Source of the DNA: Candidatus Syntropharchaeum butanivorans
Lineage (GTDB): Archaea > Halobacteriota > Syntropharchaeia > Syntropharchaeales > Syntropharchaeaceae
Length of the DNA: 64,000 nt
Reading direction: 5' to 3'
Assembly: GCA_001766825.1 (NCBI GenBank)
Contig: LYOR01000001.1
Coordinates: 287,746-351,745, forward strand
The position numbers and the translations under genes are program-made. The notes beneath the pieces are model-generated. The model was not told where the DNA came from and ran no database searches. It worked only from the letters and a program-made list of their open reading frames with translations. This document shows, piece by piece, positions 56,806 to 64,000 of the stretch (its first letter is position 1; each line of letters begins with the position of its first letter).

Positions 56806-57734
56806 GATTGGAGAAGACCCTCGAGGAACCTGATCGATCGTACGATCGTCTCGTTCACAGGTGTCGGTATCCCGTGCTTCCTGCCAAGCCTCACAAAAAC
56901 CCCGTTCAGAAAGTCGATCTCAGTCTTTTTGCCTCTCTCTATATCTCGCAGCATTGAAGACCTGTGGCGCGCAGTTGGGGGGATAAGTGAGTTTTTAAGA
57001 TGATCAAGATATCTCTCTGGATCATCCCAGAAGAGCTTAATTCCCTCTGCTGCTGCCACCTCGAATGCCTCTTTGATTATCTCCCTTATGATTGCGAAGG
57101 CATTGGAATCAAGGAGCCTGCCATAGTTGACCCTGAAAATCGCGCTCAACGGGTTCAGTGCTGCATTATATAGTGATTTAGCCCAGATATGCATATTTAT
57201 ATTATTAACCGCCTCTGCCGGAATCCCTGCATCGTTGAAGATGGCAACGATCTCCTCCAACCTCTCAGTAATACTCCCATCAAGCTCACCGATCTTTGTC
57301 GTATCTGCAGAAACCGTGACTTCAACCTCTCCTGGAGCCCGCATCTCAAACCCTGTTATCACCATCCCGCCCATCGTACGCCCCTCTCCAAGGTGTCTTG
57401 CTATAATCTCTTCATTCCCTATGCCATTCTGCAGGCTTATTACAATCGTATCACGCGAGATAACAGGTTTAAGATCCATCACAGCCCTTTCTGTATCAAA
57501 CGACTTTGTTGTGAGAAGTACAACATCAGGCCTGTGCTCTTGCTCTGGCTTTGAAGCTGTAACAACATCCCGGATGATGCGTTTGCCCCATATTCCAGTG
57601 ATCTTAAGTCCACGTTCTTTTATCGGTCTCATGTACCTTTCTCTTCCAATAAGCACAACCTCATAGCCTCCATCTGCCAGCATGCCACCAAACGCACACC
57701 CCAGGGCTCCTGCACCCATTACAAGAAACCTCAT
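56793..57734 (-). CDS. panE: 2-dehydropantoate 2-reductase (ketopantoate reductase)
   Basis: It has the Rossmann N-terminus MRFLVMGAGALGCAFGGMLA, the LTTKSFDT block and the C-terminal SSMLRDIERGKKTEIDFLNG. Confidence 0.85.
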   Translation of the reverse strand: MRFLVMGAGALGCAFGGMLADGGYEVVLIGRERYMRPIKERGLKITGIWGKRIIRDVVTASKPEQEHRPDVVLLTTKSFDTERAVMDLKPVISRDTIVISLQNGIGNEEIIARHLGEGRTMGGMVITGFEMRAPGEVEVTVSADTTKIGELDGSITERLEEIVAIFNDAGIPAEAVNNINMHIWAKSLYNAALNPLSAIFRVNYGRLLDSNAFAIIREIIKEAFEVAAAEGIKLFWDDPERYLDHLKNSLIPPTARHRSSMLRDIERGKKTEIDFLNGVFVRLGRKHGIPTPVNETIVRSIRFLEGLLQSQMP

Positions 57735-58040
57735 GCTCCACAGCTCCGGTATCGATCCTGATTTAAGACTATAGGACTCACTATTATAAACGGGTTTTGA
57801 GCTTTGTGAGGGGGTTGGTGAAAGCTTGAACCGGAGAATCCAGAAAAGGATCTCTAAAGAGAACTACCTCTTTTTTATCAAGATATACTTTTCAGCCTTT
57901 GCCCTGATTCACCCTTTGGACGGCAGGGTATGTGACAACGGAATGTCACTTGCTAAGATAGGCTTTTTAGTTTGAGAGACAAAACCAGCACTCATTGCAC
58001 CCCCCACTCCTATTTCTACATTGCGTTCTAAGGCATGAGT

Positions 58041-58772
58041 TTATTCATTTCCCTTTATAACCTCCTCTGCCTCTTTCAAATCCTCTTCTGAGTTTATATT
58101 AGTATATGCATCACAAATATCAAAAATCTTCACCACCTGCCCGTCATCGACCGCACACTGTATCAGGTCAGGGAGCTCCTTCTCTCCCCTCTCAGGATGT
58201 ATCGGTGTTCTTTCGATATAGGAGAGAATCTCATTTTTGAATATGCAGTGACCAGTTCCCTGAAAGTTGTTTAATGCTTTTTTGGGCTTTTCTATCAATC
58301 TGAAGACCCTACCCGCATCATCCACGATCACGGTATAGGTTCTGCTGATCTTTGTTAGATCGTGCTGAAAAACAACGCCACATATCCCAAATAAATTTTC
58401 CTGCTTGAACACCTCCAACATCTCTTTATGCCTGCTATTCACCAAAACCTCATCTCCAAGCAGGAGGAAAAAATCATCCTTTCCTATGGCATCCTTAGCG
58501 CATTCAATCGCATGGACCAGTCCTTTTTGTTCCCACTGGATCACATATTGAATTCTTTTTCCATTGTAGCTTATACCATATCTGTTTATTATCTCTTCTG
58601 CCCTATGCCCGACGACAACCACGATCTCTGCTATCTCTTCAATCTCTGCTGCTCTCGCAAGATTATACTCGATCACTGGTTTGCCACCAAGCCCAATCAT
58701 GCATTTGTTCATCGAGTTTGTCAGATTCCCAAGCCTTCTCCCTCTTCCACCTGCAAGAATAAGTGCTTTCAT
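58041..58772 (-). CDS. sugar-phosphate nucleotidyltransferase
   Basis: MKALILAGGRGRRLGNLTNSMNKCMI is the canonical NTP-transferase G-loop. The protein is 243 aa. Confidence 0.8.
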   Translation of the reverse strand: MKALILAGGRGRRLGNLTNSMNKCMIGLGGKPVIEYNLARAAEIEEIAEIVVVVGHRAEEIINRYGISYNGKRIQYVIQWEQKGLVHAIECAKDAIGKDDFFLLLGDEVLVNSRHKEMLEVFKQENLFGICGVVFQHDLTKISRTYTVIVDDAGRVFRLIEKPKKALNNFQGTGHCIFKNEILSYIERTPIHPERGEKELPDLIQCAVDDGQVVKIFDICDAYTNINSEEDLKEAEEVIKGNE

Positions 58773-58777
58773 ATGAA

Positions 58778-59806
58778 TTAACCTCTAAATATCTCCTTAT
58801 TCTCTTCAACCCACTCAACCAGCCGTTCAATCCCCTCGCGGTTGGATACTGTGGGCTCCCAGTTCAACTCGTGTTTGGCTTTTGTTATATCACAGACGAA
58901 ATACGCAAGATCCCCAAGCCTGCTATTCTCATATACGATAGTCTGCTCTTTACCTGTTATCTCCTTTATCAGATCCAGACACTCTATCAGAGAGATTGCA
59001 TGATCAATCCCTCCTCCGATTGTATATAACCCAGGCTTTTTACGCCTGTAGAACGCATCAAAGGCTTTAGCAACATCAGAGGCATAGAGTATATCTCTCA
59101 CCTGTTTACCGGTTCCAAATATTGTTATCGGTAACTCCATGACCGTCCTTATCACAAAGTTTGCAACCCATCCATGATCGACTCCCCCGAACTGCCGCGG
59201 CCCGTACATCCCTGTCAAACGAAATGTAGCGGCTTCGAGGTTGTAGGTATCGATGTAGCATTGAACGTAGAGTTCTCCCGACCTCTTTGATGCATGAAGC
59301 GGTGTGATAGTTCCCTGCATTATAGGATAATTCTCATCGATTGAAGGTGGATCGCATGTGTATCGTGTCTCTTCTTCTCTCAGGTTTTCGTTGATTTTAT
59401 TTCCATAGACGTGAATGGTAGAGCAGTTAACCACTGGGATATCATACCTTCTTGCGGCCTCCAAGACGTTGAATGTACCAAGAACATTTGTCCTGAGATC
59501 AAGCTCTGGTTCCTCTATGGCGATGGTCATCGCGGGTTGTGCCGCTGTGTGGACGATGTAATCACAACCTTTTGCAGCCTCAAGAATCTCTGGAAGATTG
59601 CATACATCACCCTTAACCATTCTGACACCCAGATCTTCCAGAAACTTCCAGTTATGTTCTCTGGCAACACGTGAGTTATACCCTGTTCGCTTAAGTTCAT
59701 ACTCTGTCATATTATCGAAAGCAACCACTTCATCCCCCTTTTTGATGTAGTACTCACAGGTATGAGAGCCTACAAATCCGCAACCTCCTGTAACCAGTAC
59801 CTTCAT
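58778..59806 (-). CDS. NAD-dependent sugar epimerase/dehydratase (extended SDR)
   Basis: Contains MKVLVTGGCGFVGSH and a Y-x3-K context (LHASKRSGELY). The protein is 342 aa. Confidence 0.85.
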   Translation of the reverse strand: MKVLVTGGCGFVGSHTCEYYIKKGDEVVAFDNMTEYELKRTGYNSRVAREHNWKFLEDLGVRMVKGDVCNLPEILEAAKGCDYIVHTAAQPAMTIAIEEPELDLRTNVLGTFNVLEAARRYDIPVVNCSTIHVYGNKINENLREEETRYTCDPPSIDENYPIMQGTITPLHASKRSGELYVQCYIDTYNLEAATFRLTGMYGPRQFGGVDHGWVANFVIRTVMELPITIFGTGKQVRDILYASDVAKAFDAFYRRKKPGLYTIGGGIDHAISLIECLDLIKEITGKEQTIVYENSRLGDLAYFVCDITKAKHELNWEPTVSNREGIERLVEWVEENKEIFRG

Positions 59807-60949
59807 TTACATCACCTCCTCAAATATCTTCACCATCTTTTCACAGAACCTGTTCCAGCTTAAGTTTTCATAAACCCATTCTCCACCTGCCTTTGCCATC
59901 TCCTGATATCGTTCCTGTTCAGTATAGATTTCCAGTACAGCCTGGGTAAAATCATCCGTGACAATACCCAGAGCTTCTCTTTCTATTATACTCGATGCGG
60001 TCATCGAGGTGGATACGACAATGGGCAGACCGGCAGATAAAGCCTCGAATGGTGATAACCATCCACCCTGCGATTTAATAGGGAAGAGCGCCACATCAGA
60101 GGCGTGGTAGAGGTCCCGTATCTCATCTTGTGACAGTTGCCCGGTAAATACCACACACGAATCCAACCCCTTCCTACAAACATAACTCCTCAGTAGCTCT
60201 GCATATTCACCATCTGCAAGGCCTGCCAGTACCAATTTAAGATTGGGGATTTTCTCTTTTAAAGCTTCTACAGTCTTTATGCTTTCCATCTGATTTTTTA
60301 ACGGGGTTAACATGCCTACCTGAATCAGAACAAAATCATTATGTAAATTAAATCGATCTCTGGCACTCTTTCCATCTCCTCTTGAGAAAAATTCGTAATC
60401 TACACCATAATTGATAATATCAGGCTTTATACCGTAGATCCTTTCAAACCTCCTCGCATTAAATTCATCGGCTACAACTACTCTCTCAATATATCGCCTG
60501 ACTACAAAACGCTCCAGCATCAAGAAAAACCGGTTAGCAATCTTCAAAAGGAAAGATACAGATTGATATCTTGATTCAGACCCCAAATACATTTCAGGTG
60601 GCTCGTTGCACATCCAGACCACTGGCTTGGGACAAGAGAGAATCGAAAGTTCAGATGGGAAGTTATGGACATTTATCAGATCGAAATCGTTAATGTTCTC
60701 AAGTATGTACTTACGAAGCGTTAAAGCCTCGTGGATGTGGGATAAAAGCGTCATAAAACCCCTCTTAGGCTGTTTTTTTGGGATGATTGTCTCAGTCCCT
60801 TGTAGATCTTTTTGGATCTCCGGAATTATGGAGGTTGTCAAGAGGGTATTTTTAATACCCTTTTCGCTTAAATAGTTGGCAAGTTTTACTATTACTATTT
60901 CGGCACCTCCATAGACATACATTGCCGGGTGAACAATCAGAACGTGCAT
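59807..60949 (-). CDS. glycosyltransferase family 4 (GT-B)
   Basis: 380 aa with the C-terminal GT1/GT4 pattern (FPIKSQGGWLSPFEALSAGLPIVVS). Confidence 0.8.
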   Translation of the reverse strand: MHVLIVHPAMYVYGGAEIVIVKLANYLSEKGIKNTLLTTSIIPEIQKDLQGTETIIPKKQPKRGFMTLLSHIHEALTLRKYILENINDFDLINVHNFPSELSILSCPKPVVWMCNEPPEMYLGSESRYQSVSFLLKIANRFFLMLERFVVRRYIERVVVADEFNARRFERIYGIKPDIINYGVDYEFFSRGDGKSARDRFNLHNDFVLIQVGMLTPLKNQMESIKTVEALKEKIPNLKLVLAGLADGEYAELLRSYVCRKGLDSCVVFTGQLSQDEIRDLYHASDVALFPIKSQGGWLSPFEALSAGLPIVVSTSMTASSIIEREALGIVTDDFTQAVLEIYTEQERYQEMAKAGGEWVYENLSWNRFCEKMVKIFEEVM

Positions 60950-60955
60950 TTATTT

Positions 60956-62053
60956 TTATCTCCCTACATCATAAAGGCAACAATTTTTACAAGGCTCTGG
61001 TACTTCTCCTCGGCGTATCTTTCTTCTAAGTTCCTTATACTTAGCCCCTCGCCATATCTCCTTAAAACTCGCCTCAAAGACATTCCCAAGGCTGGTTTCT
61101 TTCTGAAATTCCCGTTGATTCGCCTCATTACCAGAACAACAGGGAATAACATGTCCTGTCACAAAGATGAAAGGCATATACCACGCCACACAATGATTTA
61201 TTGGCGGTTTAACTGCAGGAACATCGAGATTCCATGATATTTTTACCCCAAGATCTCGGGCTTTAGCCTCAGCATGTTCGACGATCTCTTGAGGAATCTC
61301 CACAAAAAGATCCTTTGTCTCTTCGAACTCATGGAGCATCCTCGTAAAGAATATCTCCGGTGTATCGGGGACTAACGATCTTATTAATTCAATGTAATCC
61401 GGAACCTCGTGAACATTCGCCCTTGAGATAATATAGTGAAATTCCATCTCGGGAAAGTGTGAGTTCATCTCGTTTTTCAAACGAATGAAATTTTTAAGGT
61501 TATTTACAACCCGATCAAAGTCCGAACCAACCCGTATTTTCTCATAAGTCTCTTTAGTTGCAGCATCAAATGAAAGTATGAGCTTATCTACTCCCAGTTT
61601 TATCAGTTCTTTTGCGTTATTTTCATCTATGAAATAAAAGGTATCATAGAGTTCTACATAAATCCCCTTTGACTTAACGTATCTGAGCATCTTTATGAAA
61701 TCCTTATTAAGGAAGCTCTCTCCAATACCTGTAAGACCAATCCATTTCAACTTTGGGAATTGATCTACAATTTTTTTAAAGTCCTCAAATGACATATCTC
61801 TGCTTGGCTCATCCCAATAGGTATGTTCACACATTATGCACTTCAGGTTGCACTTTGTGGTTATCTCTACCTCGATGTAAGATGGGTATGGTTCAAGCCA
61901 CTGGAGCAATTTGATCAAAAGAGGATTCTTTGTCATATAAAGTGTACTGAAATGGATATAATTATATGTCCATCTAAAACCTTTATTCCTTAGTAAAAAT
62001 ATCAATCTCTTGATTTTAGGTGTGAACCTCATATTCTTACTCCTATATTGCAC
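60956..62053 (-). CDS. radical SAM protein with C-terminal SPASM-like Cys cluster
   Basis: Contains TTKCNLKCIMCEH (CxxxCxxC) and C-terminal cysteines (HCVAW, VIPCCS, PCKNCCLY). Confidence 0.8.
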   Translation of the reverse strand: MQYRSKNMRFTPKIKRLIFLLRNKGFRWTYNYIHFSTLYMTKNPLLIKLLQWLEPYPSYIEVEITTKCNLKCIMCEHTYWDEPSRDMSFEDFKKIVDQFPKLKWIGLTGIGESFLNKDFIKMLRYVKSKGIYVELYDTFYFIDENNAKELIKLGVDKLILSFDAATKETYEKIRVGSDFDRVVNNLKNFIRLKNEMNSHFPEMEFHYIISRANVHEVPDYIELIRSLVPDTPEIFFTRMLHEFEETKDLFVEIPQEIVEHAEAKARDLGVKISWNLDVPAVKPPINHCVAWYMPFIFVTGHVIPCCSGNEANQREFQKETSLGNVFEASFKEIWRGAKYKELRRKIRRGEVPEPCKNCCLYDVGR

Positions 62054-62828
62054 TCCAGACTATGCTATATGGCGCGCGGTTAGCGAATGAATCAATTTCA
62101 TGCTTTACTGCATATCTGGTAGGGAGATCATGTAAGTTACTTGGTGAGGGGGCAGGGATAAAAAATCTTTTGATTTTATCAACACAAGGAATTCTTGAAA
62201 TCAAATTAGATGCCAGAATAGAACATCTCTTTGAAATGATTTCTCTCAAACTGTAAAATCGTTGCCCATATAGTTTGACGTTAGAAAAGTATTCTCTCAA
62301 CAGTTCGTTTATTTCTTTCATATGAAACTCATGGGTGTGGTGTGGGCTTTCTACTCTTCTATCCCAGAAGACCCTTCCCTGCAAGATATCAACAAGCGAA
62401 TGGTTAATGGTTGATCCAACAAATATCCCATCGATCTTCAAAACTCGTCTTATTTCCTCTAAAAACCTGCGGTAGTCTGCTATATGTTCTATGGTTTCAA
62501 TAGAAACTACTACATCAAAATATTCATCTGGAAACGGCAAGTTTGTTCCATCTAAACGCACAAAGTTCAGATTCGCTCTATTGTAATGTGATACTGCATA
62601 CTTTAATGCCATTTTATTAATGTCCCCCCATACTTGCACTGCATTCTCTGCCAGATAGTTCGAGCCATACCCGCTTCCACAAGCAACATCTAAAACTATC
62701 TTATCCTTAACAAACCTCGATGCAAAAGCACACTTGCCCATATGACGCTGGTAGTTTTTCTCTGAGACCTTACCTGGTACACCAAGCTCTCCGGTAAACT
62801 CCAACTCCATCTCGTATTCATCACTCAT
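62043..62828 (-). CDS. class I SAM-dependent methyltransferase
   Basis: It has motif I VLDVACGSGYGS and post-I FDVVVSIETIEH. Confidence 0.8.
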   Translation of the reverse strand: MSDEYEMELEFTGELGVPGKVSEKNYQRHMGKCAFASRFVKDKIVLDVACGSGYGSNYLAENAVQVWGDINKMALKYAVSHYNRANLNFVRLDGTNLPFPDEYFDVVVSIETIEHIADYRRFLEEIRRVLKIDGIFVGSTINHSLVDILQGRVFWDRRVESPHHTHEFHMKEINELLREYFSNVKLYGQRFYSLREIISKRCSILASNLISRIPCVDKIKRFFIPAPSPSNLHDLPTRYAVKHEIDSFANRAPYSIVWSAI

Positions 62829-62832
62829 AGCT

Positions 62833-63948
62833 CTACACCCTCAGCGATTCATAAACCCCCAAAGTCTCCTCAGCGCACTTCTCCCAGCTGAACATCTTTG
62901 CCCTTTCCAATCCCCTTTTTACCATTCTATCTCTCACATCCATATTATTTAAAACTTTGTACATCACATCTGCGATTTTCTTCACATCAAGAGGATCGAC
63001 AAGGATCCCTGCATCTCCTACCACCTCCGGTAGAGAGGATGTATTGGATGTTATAACAGGAGTGCCACATGCCATAGCCTCCAACGGGGGTAGTCCAAAA
63101 CCCTCGTACAGTGAGGGGTAGATAAAGAGGTCTGCTGCGTTGTATATCTTTGGGAGATCCTCACTGGGGATGTACCCTGTAAATATGACCTCTTTTTGCA
63201 GATTCAACTCATTCACTGTTTTGTATACGCTCTTATACTTCCATCCCTTTCCCCCTGCTATAACAAGCCTGTGCTGGATGCCTTTCTTCTTAAGTAGATA
63301 AAAAGCCCTTAACAATGTAGGGATATTTTTTCTCGGCTCCAACGTCCCGACATAAAGGATGAAGGGGTGCTTTATCTCATACTTCTCCTTCACATCTTCC
63401 ATCTCATCCTCGTGTAGAACTTGGAATATCTCATCAACCCCGTTATAGATGACCTTAACCCTCGCTTCGGCAATTTTAAAATAACTGATAATATCGTTCT
63501 TCGTGCTATTTGAAACTGCAATAATAGAATCAACGCGCTTTAGGGATCTTGGAAGGATGTTATTCTGCAAAAAAGTGTGTATCCCCCCGTGGGTCTCTGG
63601 AAAGAGGATCGGTGTTAGATCATGGATCGTTAAGACCTTCTTTGGCGAAGGGTTGAATAAGAAGGGGCTTATCTGAGATGGATCGTGTATGATATCAAGT
63701 TTGTATTTCCTTAACTTGAAGGGAAGTAGAATGTTATTCCCAATCGTCTCCCTTAAAGGTATCCGTGGAAAGGGTATTATTATCTCATCCGCTTCCCTGT
63801 ATATTGGATTGTCGGTTTGATACCTATGAATCAGGACATATTCATTCTCATTATCGATCCTTAGCAAATTTCTGGTTAAATTATATGTATATGAACCGAT
63901 ACCTGTCCTATTTCCATCCATTGAACTTGTGATTATCCCAATCCTCAT
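62833..63948 (-). CDS. glycosyltransferase family 4 (GT-B)
   Basis: Contains [37 protein letters not shown] (E-x7-E region). The protein is 371 aa. Confidence 0.85.
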   Translation of the reverse strand: MRIGIITSSMDGNRTGIGSYTYNLTRNLLRIDNENEYVLIHRYQTDNPIYREADEIIIPFPRIPLRETIGNNILLPFKLRKYKLDIIHDPSQISPFLFNPSPKKVLTIHDLTPILFPETHGGIHTFLQNNILPRSLKRVDSIIAVSNSTKNDIISYFKIAEARVKVIYNGVDEIFQVLHEDEMEDVKEKYEIKHPFILYVGTLEPRKNIPTLLRAFYLLKKKGIQHRLVIAGGKGWKYKSVYKTVNELNLQKEVIFTGYIPSEDLPKIYNAADLFIYPSLYEGFGLPPLEAMACGTPVITSNTSSLPEVVGDAGILVDPLDVKKIADVMYKVLNNMDVRDRMVKRGLERAKMFSWEKCAEETLGVYESLRV

Positions 63949-64000
63949 TTTTGTTCTTTCAGAAAGTCAAGCAAGCTCGCTATAGACGTTGATAGTCTCT

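Noticed and set aside
1-64000. CRISPR arrays, rRNA genes, prophage or integrase genes
   Set aside because: Scanning both strands, I saw no regularly spaced direct repeats, no rRNA-like conserved stretches, and no integrase, capsid or terminase-like ORFs. The only mobile features supported are the nrdJ intein and the decayed IS at 53.7-54.5 kb.

Overview
This is an archaeal chromosomal window of the methanogen/alkanotroph-like euryarchaeal type. Markers are the PolD small subunit, A-type ATPase subunit I, Alba, EF-1alpha/uS10, the proteasome-SBDS-exosome superoperon, CofC, CDP-archaeol synthase, a DGGGP-synthase-like UbiA enzyme, archaeal phosphopantothenate synthetase and intron-bearing tRNAs. 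I can support about 60 protein genes, 5 tRNAs (Asp-GTC, Leu-TAG, Met-CAT with intron, Ser-GGA with intron), one intein and one decayed IS-like element. I saw no rRNA and no CRISPR array. Most of the window is housekeeping: NAD kinase, PolX, PEP synthase, thiolase/HMG-CoA synthase, NadE, class II RNR, LeuA/CimA, TatD, PanE and others. The stand-out is a compact six-gene minus-strand operon (6801-12445). It is built around an intact but very divergent McrA (methyl/alkyl-coenzyme M reductase alpha) homologue. Its neighbours show none of the McrB/McrG/McrC/McrD hallmarks I know. They are three unrecognisable proteins (375, 183 and 198 aa), a peptidase-U32-family Cys-rich protein and a 128-aa Cys-containing protein. 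This is my candidate for an undescribed MCR-derived system. Secondary points of interest:
- two tandem paralogous multihaem c-type cytochromes (5 and 9 CxxCH) rich in N-glycosylation sequons
- a 1353-aa three-domain sugar-activation fusion
- a LAGLIDADG intein at the NrdJ thiyl-radical cysteine
- an 808-bp IS remnant with perfect 17-bp inverted repeats just upstream of leuA/cimA
- an orphan ATPase subunit I gene
- an AT-rich glycan-biosynthesis island from about 57.8 kb to the window end

All family calls come from motif recognition and by-eye alignment to remembered sequences. No database search was run.
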